This document shows positions 11,075 through 27,380 of a stretch of DNA of 58,298 nt, in pieces. Position numbers and translations under genes: made by a program. The stretch lies in NCBI GenBank assembly GCA_038087875.1, contig JAXLNO010005863.1, positions 496,001 through 554,298 of the forward strand. The letters run 5' to 3'. The DNA comes from Malacoraja senta. Its lineage: Eukaryota. Numbering within the stretch: the stretch's first letter is position 1; the number at the start of each line of letters is the position of its first letter. The notes under the pieces were generated by a model. It worked only from the letters and a program-made list of their open reading frames with translations. It was not told where the DNA came from and did not search any database.

Positions 11075-12248
11075 CGTCGGCCATGTTTCCGGACACAATT
11101 TAGCAATGTTACAAAATTTTGAGATTTTAAAAATCAAGTCTGCAATTTATCCCATCAGATAACACATAAAAAGAAGTTTAATTTGACACCTAATTCACCA
11201 TATCTTCAATATTAACAAAGTTATGGCCATTTTCATACTGGGAAATTACCATCTTGTTCCCTATTGCTTTTGCATTGACAACACAAAAGCTGTGATCGAG
11301 GACAGTCAAAAGCCCATAACTTTCTTAAAAATTAAGAGAACTGAATGCAATTTTCAGTTATTATAGATTGAAGCATTCTGAAACAAGTGAAAACATCTTA
11401 CTTGGATGACCTGAAATTAAAGCATATAATTAGTTAATTACCTAATTGTAGTCAATTACAAAATTGACCTTTGTGACGGAAATAGTAATAAACACCCAGA
11501 CTGCCTTGAAAATTCAAAAATGATATTCTCAAGATCAGAACTTTAATATTATTGTATTATATGCTGTAAGTCCGTAACAGATAGGTAAATAAATTGCAAT
11601 TTCTAGCAATAGACCAAGTCTTTATGAAGAAGATCAGTTGCTAGCTGGTACATTGGCATATCATAATCAGTAGCATCATCATACTCCTCAGATTGTAACT
11701 CTGTACACCTTGTTTTTCCTCAACTTTTCAATTTTGGCATTGTAAACTACAAGTTTTTGCTCTTCAAACCACGCATGACATGCCTTTCTGCCCACTACTC
11801 TCCCATTAAGAATGTCCTGTAGATTCCATTTCTTAAGAAAAGGATATTTTTTTAAAATAGCCTAAGTATCCAAATAACAAACTAATCCCAGTCACACAAG
11901 AATTCACAATATAACATGATTTTTAAATCTCACTGTCATGAATTCATATGCCAGATGGAAGGAATTTGAAGTTTAATTCCCATAAATTAATCTAGAAACA
12001 TCCACTCAATATAATCAAAAAAAATATTTTTTTGCACAATACATGGGACTAAAACTGATATTTAGTATAAAAATATTGACTATGGGTAGACAACACAAAA
12101 TATAGACTATTTAGATTGTCCATTATGGCACTGATTTCTGCTGTTTCTCTGATCCAGGTGAGTTGAGTGAAGCTATAAATAATTCTCTTCTGTTGAGCTG
12201 CTGGCAAAATGTCGCCACAGGCAGGCGCCATCTTTTACGGGTACCTTT
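11075..12248. repeat. Unclassified AT-rich interspersed repeat, probably DNA-transposon derived
   Basis: No coding capacity; ends in GGCGCCATCTTTTACGGGTACCT next to a CR1 junction. Class not established. Confidence 0.35.
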
Positions 12249-13270
12249 CTGAATGGCAGGCAGTGACTAGTGGGGTACCGCAAGGCTCGGTGCTGGGACC
12301 GCAGCTATTTAAAATATATATTAATGATTTGGATAAAGGGATTAAAAGTAACATTAGCAAATTTGCAGATGACAAAAAGCTGGGTGTGGACTGTGAGGAG
12401 GATGCTATGAGGATGCAGGGTGACTTGGACAGGTTGGGTGATTGGGCAAATGCAGTTTAATGTGGATAAATGTGAGGTTATCCACTTTGTTGGCAAAAAC
12501 AGGGAGGCAGATTATTATCTAAATGGTGCCATGTTGAGAAAAGGGGAAGTACAACGAGATCTGGGGGTCCTTGTTCATCACTCACTGGAAGTAAGCATGC
12601 AGGTACAGCAGGAAGAGAAGAAAACGAATGGCATGTTGGTCTTCATAACAAGAGGAGTTGAGTATAGGAGCAAAGAGGTCCTCCTGCAGTTGTACAGGGC
12701 CCTGGTGAGACCAGACCTGGAGTATTGTGTGCAGTTTTGGTCTACAAACTTGAGGAACGACATTCTTGCTATTGAGGGAGTGCAGTGTAGGTTCACAAGG
12801 TTAATTCCCGGGATGGCAGGACTGTCATATGTTGATAGATTGGAGCAGCTGGGCTTGTATACTCTGGAATTTAGAAGGATGAGAGGATATCTTATTGAAA
12901 CATATAAGATAATATGGGTTTGGACACATTGAAGGCAGGAAACATGTTCCAAATGTTTGGGGAGTCCAGAATCAGGGGCCAGAGTTTAAGAATAAGTGGT
13001 GAGCCATTTAGAACATAGATGAGAAAAAACTTTTTCACACAGTGAGTTGTTAGTGTGTGGAATTCACTGCCTCAGAGTCGGTGGAGGCTGGTTCTCCGGA
13101 TGCTTTCAAGAAAGAGTTAGATAGAGCTCTTAGGGATAGCGAAATTAAGGGATATGGAGAGAAGGCAGGAATGGGGTACTGATTGTGGAAGATTAGCCAT
13201 GGTCACATTGAATGGCAGAGCTGGCTGGAAGGGCCGAATGGCCTACTCCTGCGCCTATTGTCTATCTTTT
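12249..13270 (+). mobile_element. CR1/HER1-like LINE 3' part
   Basis: Motifs GVPQGSVLGP, KFADD and YCVQFWS, plus the CR1 tail. Confidence 0.95.
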
Positions 13271-13509
13271 TTGTTTGTTTATGATTTAATCTATAGAGTA
13301 CTGTGTTGCAAACCTGTTGTGCTGCTGCTGCCAGTAAGAATGTCATTGTTCCGTTCTAATACATATGACAAGAAAACATTCTTGAATCTTGAATAATAAT
13401 ATTCTAATCATGTTGTAAAAATTCTGTGATTGAAACTAATGTCTTGATGATTATAAATGCTGTAAAACTATTTGAAAAAAAAATTCATTGAATTTGCTGT
13501 TTTCCATAG

Positions 13510-14297
13510 TTCGCGCAATTTTCAATTTCCGGAGCAAAGACGGTGTGGATCAGATACCCAGCTCGGAAGAATCATTCCACACTACAGCAGGAAGTAAAAA
13601 TGCCAAAGACTGATTGGATCCACAAGCTGGTGAAGTATGGCTATCAGAATCATAGCTTCACCCTTGAAGAAAGAACAGAGGGTACAATACTGATGAAAAT
13701 GATTGAATGGCCAATGCCTCCCGATCCCAGTGTGCCCTTTAGGAAAAGCACCGACCCATTGCATACTTGCTTTATCATTTTAAATTCTGAGAAGACTTTC
13801 CACGTTGGCGATCAATTGCAAGTGATGCTGCGAATGTTTGACTTTGATGGAAATCCAAAACAATATGGAGGTGGCTATCTGCAAGCGCGGATTCACACCC
13901 CAGAGTTAAAGGCTGGTTCAGCAGGAACAGTTATAGATAACCAAAATGGATATTATTACATTAATTTTACTTTATCCTGGCCGGGAAAAGTCCAAGTGTC
14001 AGTTTCCCTAATTCATCCCAGTGAAGGGATCAAAGTACTAAAACGGCTGCGTGAAGAACGACCAGATCGAATTTATATCAAAAGCACTTTCAAGGCTGGA
14101 GCAATTTCAAAGACTACTGTTTGCAATGTGTTTTTAACTCCAACTAAACCACTATGTAACTTTACTGATCTCAGAACAGGAGAGCCTTGGTTCTGTTACA
14201 AACCAGAAAATCTTCCGTGTTCTACTCAAATCTATCATGCTGGACGTGGATATATAACAGATGTTTTAATCGGAGAAGAGAGGCTGTTTATCCAAAG
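13510..14297 (+). CDS. NXPE3-like: NXPE3-like exon 2 (neurexophilin-like/Ig-like region)
   Basis: Acceptor TTTCCATAG at 13501-13509 and donor GT at 14298. Translation ...STDPLHTCFII...FHVGDQLQV...PKQYGGGYLQARIHTPELKAGSAGTVID...LIHPSEG...EPWFCYKP. Confidence 0.92.
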
Positions 14298-14544
14298 GTA
14301 TTCCACCTACATTTTATCTTTTATATTTTGATATTTCCATTTAGTGTTTTCTGTTTTTATTTCACATATCTAGCAGCTGCAGCTTTTTGCTTTTAAGTTA
14401 CAATTCATTTTGGTTCTTTATTTATGGAGTTCTTATTGATTTATAGTATTTATTAACTTATTAATAAACATTTAGGTAGTCCAGTTTCCTCTCGTCTCCC
14501 AAGTACACGCTGGTTGGTAGGTCAGTTGCTTATTATTAAGGCTG

Positions 14545-15280
14545 CCTTAAAACACATAAAGGTGGATAATCCCTGGAGCCTGACTGAGTGTATCCTAGAA
14601 CATTGTGGGATGGGAGGAAATAAATTTCAGGGGTTCGGGCAGAGATATTTAGTTCATCATTAACCATAGGTAAGGTATCAGAAGACACAAGGGTAGCTAA
14701 AGTTGTGCCTTTATTTAAGGAGAGGATAGGCTAGGGAAGTTACTGAAGGGAATTCTGAGAGCTTGGATCCACCAGCATTCGGAAAGGCAAGGACTGATTT
14801 ATGGATAGCCAGCATGGCTTTATGCATGGGAAATCGCATCTCCTAAATTTGATTGAGTTTTTTCAAGAGGTGCCAGAGGATTGACAAGGGTGGGTTAGTA
14901 GACATTGAAAGCAGGGTATTTAGTGAGGTCTTTGATGAGCTCCCACATGGTAGGCTGGTCTTCAAGGTTAGATCACATAGGATCCAGGGTGAGCTAGCAA
15001 AATTGAATACCAAATTGGCTTGGTGGTAGAAGTCAGAGAGTGATAGTGGAGAGTTGTTGATCAAATTGGTGGCCTGTGACCCAGGGTATGCCACAGGGAT
15101 CTCTTGTTTCTCAACTATATGATTTAGCTGAACGTGTATGTGGCATGGTTACTAAGATTATGGATAAGACCAACATTTTTGGTATAGTGAAGTGAAGAAG
15201 GTTATCTAAGATTACAACAGGATGTGTATTAGCTTGGGCTGGGGACTGACAGATGGAATTTAAGTCGGACAAGTGCTAAG
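14545..15280 (+). mobile_element. Old degenerate CR1 fragment
   Basis: Residual motifs CAGCATGGCTTTATG, TTTGATGAGCTCCCACATGG and CCACAGGGATC. Confidence 0.75.
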
Positions 15281-17689
15281 TATCTCACCCTGGAAAAAAG
15301 ATTCTGATAATCTGGCCTATCATTATCTCTCATAAATTAATATAATTCTATATTTTTCTTGCGTATGGCGTGCACAGCCTAAAGTTGTAAGACAACTTGT
15401 TCTGTTTGATCTGTTTGTGCACGCCAGGTTGATTGCATTCGTTGAAACAGGGTGGACCACGTGAAGGTTGCAATCTCCCACCCCAACATAATTCTCTCAG
15501 GTAGCCCGTCAGCTTCTGACATTCCAGAGAAAACAATCCAAGTTTGTCCAACCTTTTCTTATAACCAATGGTCTTTATATTTAAATGATACTGTTTATTT
15601 ATATTTATGCTGCCAATGGGATGATATTATAATGAATGCTTCATGGGTTCAGGTAAAATGTATTTTTATTTTGTCTGTTTACCATTTTTCTCTACTCTCT
15701 ATTTGGAGGGTACTTTTTACATGCAGGGGTTCTGATCCATCCTGACAACATTGGTCTTATTACACATTTGTTACCTTGCACAACCATCTTGTAATTTGTC
15801 TTTGATTTTCTAAATGGTTCCTCAGTTGAACCCCCACTACCTTGGTCCACTCCTTGAAGTATTATAGGGAGGTATTTTATTTTTCAGCACAAAGTTAAGT
15901 AAGCCTCTCCTTATGGAACTGGTTCCTTCTCCCTAGGTGTTTACAGCAATTAATATGCAGCCTGCATTTGCCTCACAAGCCATGGATCTATCCAATGTGT
16001 TCACAAACAGAAGTAATCTCCATGGAGAGTGATGTCCGAACAATGCCACATTGTTGCTCCAAAACATTTCATAGTCTTTCTCACCACAATGTTGCACCTT
16101 ATCACCAACAGACATCCAGTTGGAATGCAGCAAATCTAGTCTTTGCAGGGATACATTTATACTGGCAAACCCTTTTGACTGTTAATCACAGCCTTACTTT
16201 ATTAACTTTGTTATCTGATCCCTCTGTCAAAGCAGGGAAGGTATACTGAGCACTGCTTGAGGTTGACTTGCAGAGTTTACGCTAACTCATCCAGTTTACC
16301 CTAACTTAACCCAACTAACAAGTTCTCTGCAACTCCTACTTGTTGTTAAGACATCTGCGTTGTAATGATGAGATGATCACTTGACATGTCCATCCAAGGA
16401 TGCTTACTGAAACCTCTGCAATGTGGGGGCTCAATTGATGTGGTGACAAAGAAGGCACTGACACAACTCAATCTTTATTAATATTCACATCAGTTTTAAA
16501 TGAGTTAAACTGTTATAAAGATAGTTAGATCTAGCTCGTAGGGCTAAAGGAATCAAGGGATATGGGGGAAAAGCAGCAAAGGGGTACTGATTTTAGATGA
16601 TCAGCCATGATCATATTGAATGTTGGTGCTGGCTCGAAGGACCAAATGGCCTGCTCCTGCACCTATTTTCTATGTTTTCTATGTTCTATGTTTCTAAATG
16701 TACAGGCATTTAACTAAACCATTCAACAAGAGCTTTGTAACTCTTAATCACCTAATTTACTGATATAGCTTTTCCTATCTTGCTGCCCAATAATTGAAAC
16801 AATACTTGGACTTGGATTCCAGATGTAAGATGAACTGGTTGGGAGTCCTTCAATGGGTTGTAATCTTCTCTGAGTTAAGAAGTCAGGGTTCGCCTTCTGT
16901 GCCAGTTGTCCTCGAGTAATATCACTCCTGGTGTATGATGTTTCTTTGATCTTTTCACATCAATCTTCTAGAAGCCTGGGGGTCCTCAAATCCCAAATGA
17001 GACAATTGGAAATTGGAGCTTGGATTTGATTGCTTCTGACAATATTCTCACATGGGTATCATAACTTAGTCTTCCTACATTGCTATTTCATCGTTTTAAC
17101 CTGTACATCTGGTTATTCCTTATTGCCATAGTGATAAATCCCTTTTTCCTGAGTTTGATGCCTTCGTTACTATCGGATTTTCTTGCCTTAATAAAACTAA
17201 ATGGTCACTGTTGTGTTTTCACTTCATTTTGCCTCTGAGCCTGGAAACCCTCTGAGAATGATGAGAAGATAGACTGTTACTTGCTTCTGCTTTTCCTTCT
17301 ATCATGATTACAGTCTGTCCCACATAGTTTAATCGCCATCGATGTCCTTTTGCAACAGTTCCTGATTCTCTATTCTGTGTCAATATTCTTCCAGTTAAAT
17401 TGTTGTTAATTATTTTGTTCTTCTCGGTAAACTTTATAGACCATGAGCTGAGCATGTGTGAAGTAATCAAATGGAAAATAATGTCCAGTCTATGTTTCAC
17501 GTTTGAGACCCTGCATCAGTTTCAATCTGAGACGACTATCCCTTTGGCTCCACAGATCAGCTTGACCTGCTGAGTTCTTCCAGCAATTTATTTTTTTGTT
17601 CCAAATTCTGGCCTCTACCATCGCTTGTGACTACCCTCTGTTCTGGAATGATTATTTTCAACAATTGTCTCACAATAACTTGCTTTGTA

Positions 17690-18200
17690 GAAGTTTAGTT
17701 GCTAGCCATGTGGTTACAATAGAGATACAGCTGCTCATACTTAACTACATTAAACTCCATTAGCAAGCCCTGGGCACATTTGCTCAGCTGATCAAGACCC
17801 GGCCATAGTTCTTGATAATCATCTTCATTGTTTATGAAACGACCTATTTTAGTATCATTTGCAAACTCGTTTATAATGCCTTGTACATTCTCATCCAAAT
17901 CTCAAGCAGATGACAAACTGCGATGGACCCCATACTGATTCCTGAGGCACACCACTATTCACAGATCACCAGTCCAAAAAGCAACCTTCTACCACCATCT
18001 ACTTCCTACCATGAAGCCAATTTTGTTTCCAGCTAGCTATCTCTCCCTGGATCCCGAGCGGTCTACTCTTCCAGAGCAGACGACCATTGGTTAACCTTCT
18101 ACAAAGGCCTTGATAAAGTCTATATAGTCTACATCTACAACCCTGCCCTCATTAACCTTCATAGTTGTTTCTTCAAAAATCGTATCAAATTCAGTTGTTT
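17690..18200 (-). mobile_element. Degenerate CR1 RT fragment
   Basis: Translation MDENVQGIINEFANDTKIG...MEFNVVK. Confidence 0.75.
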
Positions 18201-18734
18201 CCATGGAACAGGAAACTGAGGGGTGATTTATTTGAGGTGGATTAAATTATGAAGGCCCTGGAGGAGGAAATAGAAAGTGACTCTTCTCTTAGCACCATAA
18301 ATATTAAAATGAGTTACTGCAACAATTATTGGATATGAGTAGTTTTGTCACCCACATGTGCATGCAAAATTGTGACCTGCCAGGCTTCGGACCTTGTTCT
18401 AGAGAAGTAGCTTTGCTTGAATTGTGAATAATCTCTGTTTATCCTCTAACCTGATGTTTTAGTTGTTAGTTACAGAGTCTGATATTTTAATAAAATCAAT
18501 TGTTACCAGTAGAAATGTAATTTAACGTAGATCAATTTGGATTTAGATGGATTTGCTAAATTACAGGTTCCATACTATTCAGAAGATGACATTTGAAGCT
18601 AAAATTGTGGAAGCTACATTAATTGCATTGGGCTAGGTTGGATAAGTAGATTATTTGTATGACTTTCTTGGACTGTCCTTTGTATGCATTTTATATTGAC
18701 ACAGTGACTTAATGAATGGTATTAACATTTGCAG

Positions 18735-18808
18735 TAAAGTCAACGTCAACATGCCCATATTACCCTGTGCCATGGGTTATATAATCGTAGAGCCGTCACC
18801 TCAACCAA
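18735..18808 (+). CDS. NXPE3-like: NXPE3-like exon 3 (74 nt)
   Basis: Acceptor ATTTGCAG and donor GTAAGA, phase 2-1. Encodes (S)KVNVNMPILPCAMGYIIVEPSPQP and restores frame between exons 2 and 4. Confidence 0.8.
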
Positions 18809-20029
18809 GTAAGATCATTTTCAATCATGTCTAAAAAAATTATAGTCTAGTGTATTGGAGGAAATAATAATAGAATAGTGAAGCAGTTCCTCGCTATAAA
18901 TATGCAGACCTTACAAACAAAATATAACTTGACAGCATATGTAGTTCTTTCTTGAATTTGAAGAACATTTAAGTTATAATTTATTCAGCAAAATGTATAA
19001 GTTCCAGGGCTAGTATTGATTCAATATTATGCACCTGTCACTTCTCAACCAATACAATCCATTTATTCTTATAGGAGATATGGTTGCCAATTGTATTTTT
19101 ATAATTTTAATAGATGGTTGAAAATATAATCTAAGATAAAACTGCATTTTTCTGGGACTGAACCCTCTTTCCTGGTGTGGACCATCAGTAGTGGAGGCAG
19201 ATCATCACCCAACATACATCTAGTCAGTGCAGCTCTTCCATTGAGTTAACCGAGCCAGATCTCAACAGCAACTGTACCAATAAATGTAGGTGTTAACTAT
19301 TTGAACAGAAAATGTATGGGCTTGAAGTACTATTGGTTAACCTGCTACTAATCACTTTGGTGATATGACATTTTAAAGTAACAATTCTGTGACCTCCTCT
19401 GGCAGTTCATTCCAGAGTGAAAAACATGCCTCTGAGATCTTTCTTACACTATGCTCTCTAACTTTAGAATCCTCTAAGTTGGGATAAATACTGGGTGTTC
19501 ACTTTATTGTTGCCTCTCATAATTTGATATATTTTATTAAAGTAACTCCATCTGCAACATTTTACAAGGTTCTACTATTTACTGTGCAAGTCCTGCCCTG
19601 GTTGACACACCAAAATGCAATGTATCACACTTATCAGTTAAATTCCATTGGCCAGTCCTTAGCTCACCTCCCCAACTTATCTATTCTGTTATGTACTTCA
19701 ATATTACAGTGAGGTTTGAGAGAGCAAAGGGTAAGTAGGATCTCAGGCATCATTTTCACTCTGGAATGAGCTGCCAGATAAGGCTACAGAAGAAGATACA
19801 ATTGCTACTTTAATAAGATAAAAATTGATAGGAACGGTTTTGACAGTTATAGGCTAAATGTGGGCAAATTTGACTAGCTCAGAATCCCAGAATGATCAAC
19901 ATGGACAAAGTAGTCAGAAGAATCTGTTTCCATGTTCTAAAGCTCTGTGATTCAGCAGAATATGGAGAAAATGAGCTCTGTGTAAGTATTACTCACTGTC
20001 CACCATATCAGCAATTTAGGAATAAATTT

Positions 20030-20460
20030 ACTAACAATGTTAACTAACAGCAGTGGACCCACACTGACCCTGGCCATACACAACTGGTCACAGGCCGTCA
20101 ATCAGAAAAACCACCTCCACAACTACCCTTTGGTCTCCAAACCAATTTTGAATCCAATGTCTAGCCTACCTTGGAATCCACATGATCTGATCTTGCAAAC
20201 AAGCTTACCAATGTGTGATCTTGTTAAAGGCTTTGCTAAATTCCATAAAGAGAATATTCACTGCCCTTACCTCATCAGTCATTTGTTGACATTGAAAAAA
20301 ACCTGACAGATTCATGAGACACGATTTCCCACAACCAAAGCCTTGCTGACCATTCTCACCAATTCTGTCCCTTAGAATCCCTTCCAACAGCTCTCCCACC
20401 ACTGGCAGCTGGCTCGCTGGCCTGAAGTTCCCTGATTTGTCTTAGAGCCTTTCTCAAATA
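20030..20460 (-). mobile_element. Degenerate CR1 RT fragment
   Basis: Translation VGELLEGILRDRI...QQGFGCGKSCLMNL...MEFSKAFNKI. Confidence 0.75.
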
Positions 20461-20674
20461 ATGGTGCAACATTAGTCACCCTTCCAGCTTTCAGAAATTC
20501 ATTTCTGGCTAATGGATCTTAACAAAGGAACCATCCACCTAGCTGGCCTGGTGCCAACCTCATTGGCACAACATTGTTCACGTACTGCTCAGATTAGTTT
20601 ACTTTGTAAATCTGTCCATTCCACTCAAAAATGTATTGATAGCGAAAGGCAAAATGTTTCTCCTTAGATATGTT

Positions 20675-22720
<2,046 letters not shown>

Positions 22721-23059
22721 TAGTGTGATCCATCACTCTATACAGATTTGTCTGGCTTATTTGCCTATCCGTTTTATATCCAAGTACAAAACTGAAATAA
22801 GTAAAAGAGTTAAATGAGAAAGGAATTGAGAAATTTCAGCAATTGTGTGAGTAGCCAGTCTTAAATGTGGTACTAAAAGAAAGCAAGTGGATCAGTTAAA
22901 TGAACCAAAGTAATTGTAGACAATCATCTTACTGAAATAGTGTGGAATAGGGCAGAGATCGGTGCAGAAGTGATTTCGAAAAGTGCAATGCCAAGGACCC
23001 TGACGCAATGGTGTAGAAAGTTATATGACCTCAGGAGCATAGTCAAGGTCAGATAGACA

Positions 23060-23475
23060 CTAGACAACAGGTGCAGGAGGAGGCCATTCGGCCCTTCGAT
23101 CATCCCCAATCTGTACCCCGTTTCTGCCTTCTCCCCATATCCCCTGACTCCGCTATCTTTAAGAGCCATATCAAGCTCTCTCTTGAAAGTATCCAGAGTA
23201 CTGCCCTCTGAGGCAGAGAATTCCACAAACTCACAAGTGTTTCCTCATCTCCGTTCTAAATGCTTTACCCCTTATTGTTAAACTGTGGCCCTTGGTTCAG
23301 GACCCCCAACATCGGGAACATGTTTCCTGCCTCTCGCGTGTCCAAACCCTTAATAATCTTACATGTTTCAATAAGATCCTCTCTCATCCATCTAAATTCC
23401 AGAGTATACACGCCAAGCCGCTCCATTCCCTCAGCATATGACAGCCCCGCCATCCCAGGAATTAACCTGGTGATA
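23060..23475 (-). mobile_element. CR1 3' end fragment
   Basis: Translation MAGLSYAEGMERLGVYTLEFR, plus tail. Confidence 0.85.
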
Positions 23476-23869
23476 GTGTATCCTCATCTGTAATGTCCCA
23501 CTCGCCTTCTAATTCCTAATCATGTCATTCCTAATTCTTCAGTTCACATCTCACTTGATCCTCAACCTACAACTTCTTTTAATTTACAATGGTATAGATG
23601 GTTCCCCAGTACAAACTCCTTTTTCTCTTATTGGACAGCTAAGAAGTCAAGGCTAGCCAAGGCTAGACAGCTGAGATGGATTCACACCGCCACTTGATCT
23701 TTCATTCACTGTCACCAGTTTAAATACCGTAGATGTGTGCGTTAGATGTGGTATTTGCATCTAGCAAGTCACCAGGCATACAGTATGTAGTTTGCAGCCA
23801 GACAGGGAGAAATGGTAGCCAGGAGACAGCTGACTGCAGAGGACTTTACTGAAGACAACAGTTGGGCAG

Positions 23870-24590
23870 CTTGTAGAAGTACAGAAGAAGATAGACACAA
23901 AGTGCTGGCATAACTCAGTGGCCAGGCAGCATCTCTGGTGAAAAGGGGTGAGTGACATTCCGAGTGGGACCCTTCTTCAGACTGAGAGTAGGGGTAGTTG
24001 TTATGAAGACCTGGAGCCAAGAAAAGACCAGGACCGATCAGGGCTGGCCACAAATGACCCTCAGACAGGGCGGCACCCTGGTAGGCCCATTGTTGGCTAG
24101 GGAAGGTGTGATCTCAAGAGGGAAGCAATGTGGAGACTGGGGAACTGGTTAAATGACTAGGTTGAGGAAGCAGGGGAGAGGGGAGTGGAGTGAAGTATAA
24201 GTATAAGTTACTTAAAATTAGCGAATCATCAATCATACCATTGGGATGTAAGCTACCCAAGTGAAATATGAGGTGCTGTTCCTCCAATTTGCGAGTGGCC
24301 TCACTCTGGCAATGGAGGAGGCCCAGGATGGAAAGGTCAGTGTGGGAATGGGAGGGGTGTTGAAATGGTTGGCAATCAGATTATCCTGTCAGTCTCAGTG
24401 GACCGAGCGTACGTATTCAGCAAAATAAGTCTACGTTTTGTCAAGTATAACAAGTATGTTAAGTCGCCAAGTCTACGTTTGCTTTCACTGATGTACATTG
24501 GAGCCCACATTGGGAACACCAGATGTACGAGGTGGGGTTAGAAGAAGTACATGTGAACCTCCGTCTCAGATGAAAGGACTGTCGGGGTCC
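23870..24590 (-). mobile_element. Penelope-like 3' fragment (GIY-YIG end plus terminal repeat)
   Basis: Reverse complement resembles 650-1170: AAATTGGAGGAACAGCACCTCATATTTCACTTGGG and CAGTCTGAAGAAGGGTCCC. Confidence 0.75.
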
Positions 24591-25110
24591 TTCGACAAAG
24601 CCAAGGTTGGAGATGCAAGGACATTTGAGGAGATATATATCGGCTATAGGCAGTTGGGATCAAGCAAACCCCTCAGTGAGTATAAGAAGCGCAGGAGTAT
24701 ACTGAAATCAATCAGAAAGGCAAAAAGAGGACATGATCTGGCGGTCAAGATAAAGGCAAATCCAAGACATACCACAGGTGTATTAAGAGGAAAAGGGAGG
24801 CTAGAGAGAGAATAGATCCCCTTAGGTATTAACATAGCCATCTTTGTGTAGTGCCACAAGAGTTGAGGTAGGTATTAAATGAAAATGTCCAATCAGTTTT
24901 TTTTACTGAGGAGAAGGTCGTGGAAGCTAAGGAATTGGGACAGAGATGTTGATGTCTTGGACCATATATGATTTATCAAAGAGAAGGTATTGATGGTTTA
25001 AAGCACTTAAAGGTGGATAATTCCCAATAGCCTGACCAAGTACATCCTCTATAGAGTCTAGGTGGAATATCGATGCCTCTGGTACAATGGCAGTGTTAGA
25101 TGGGGAGCAT
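24590..25110 (+). mobile_element. Degenerate CR1 ORF2 fragment
   Basis: Translation YKKRRSILKSIRKAKRGH...IKANP, and a VDNS-like kinase-site remnant of DKSPGPD. Confidence 0.65.
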
Positions 25111-25399
25111 AAAGATGGTTGCATCACTTTTTAGTTTGGTACTTCAAACGCTCAAGAACGAAGGAGGATGCAGTAAGTGGTGGACATTGTTTAGCCCATT
25201 ACAGTTACTGTCTTCCCCACCACCCCCACTGTGAAAATTCTCTCCCTTTGTTCAACCTTTACCTTGGGTGGCCGGTAAATTGACAGCTCCCTTTGGTGTG
25301 ATGTTGTTTGGATTGAAGTGCCCATCCCAGTTTCTTCAATATTAACATTACCAATATTGTGACTTATCAATTTAAGTGTTTAGGTATTTTTCTGTTTAG

Positions 25400-25928
<529 letters not shown>

Positions 25929-26189
25929 CGACATCTGCTTACCATGCATCACCACAATTACATTGCAAATCATAGATCTATCTGTCTAAAACTGAATGTA
26001 ATTTTACATATTTTGAAAATTTTGATTTCTAGGTTTGTAATTCATCTTTGTCACTGTATCGTTTGAATTGATTCTGTTATTTTGATTAGTTATAATTCTT
26101 ACCTATTACCTAACATTAATAATGTTAGCTTTGATATTAAATCTTTGTTTGTGTGGAAGAAATTAATTTGGAAGGAAATTAAAGGAAAA

Positions 26190-26695
26190 CTAGACTAAGT
26201 GGGACCAGTTGGGTCCCAGTCACACGGGAGCCTGGTCCCCCAACGCAAACCATTCCCCAACAGGGGGGCGGGGATATGTGGGGGGTGCAGGGGACGGGAG
26301 GTGTGGGGGAGGGGTGTGTGTGGGGGGGAGGGGATGTGTGTGGGTGAGGGGGGGCATGTGGGAGAGAGGGGGATATGGGGGAGGGGAGGGGGTGTGCGGG
26401 CGAGAGGGTGTGGGTGAGGGGGGCTGTTGGGGAGGGGTGTGTGTGGGAGGAGGGGGTTGTGGGGGAGGGGGGTTTGTGGGGAGGGGCGTTTGCGGGAGGG
26501 GTGTGTGGGGGAGGGTGTGTGTGTGTGTGGGGGAGGGGCTGTGTATGGGATTGGCGGTGTGCGGGGGGGGAGGGGGGTGTATGGCGGTGTGTGTGGGGTA
26601 GGTGGGGTGTGTGGGGGGAGAGAGGGTGTGCGGGAAGGGGGGTGGGGTGTGTGGGGCAAGAGAGGGTGTGGAGGAGGGGGGGTGTGGGGGAAGCA
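26190..26695 (-). mobile_element. Helitron 3'-end fragment with G-rich low-complexity array (duplicated at 27645-28160)
   Basis: CTAGACTAAGTGGGACCAGTTGGGTCCC is the reverse complement of the hairpin + CTAG end seen at 56934-56963. Confidence 0.7.
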
Positions 26696-26759
26696 GTCAA
26701 CATGATCTAAGACCTTTCCCACCCAAGTCAACATGATCTAAGACCTTTCCCACCCAAGC

Positions 26760-27100
26760 CATTCATTCTTATCCTCACTCGGGCAGAAGATACAGAAGGT
26801 TGAAAGCGCTCACCACCATTCTCAGGAATAGCTTCTTCTCCTTTGGTATCAGGAAAAACCTTCCATAGGCTAGGGTACTGTCTAATTCCCCTCTACCTCA
26901 TTGCAAACGTTGAACCTTGTCTCTGGAACGGGCGCACTACAATGCTGAAAAGTATATTCTGCACTCTGGATTTTTCCCTTCACTTTACCTATTGTACTTG
27001 AGTTTGGTTTGATGGTATTGACATGTAATATTATCTGATTTAATTGGACAGCATGCAAAATAAAGCTTTGCACTGTACCTTGGTACATGTTACAATAATG
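26760..27100 (+). mobile_element. L2/Rex-like LINE 3' UTR fragment (duplicated at about 28230-28560)
   Basis: GAAGATACAGAAGGTTGAAAGCGCTCACCACC...ACAATAAT-type tail. Confidence 0.5.
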
Positions 27101-27155
27101 AACCTCGCCTGACCTGATGGCATACTTTGCAATTCTGTAATGGTACAGTATGTGA

Positions 27156-27380
<225 letters not shown>

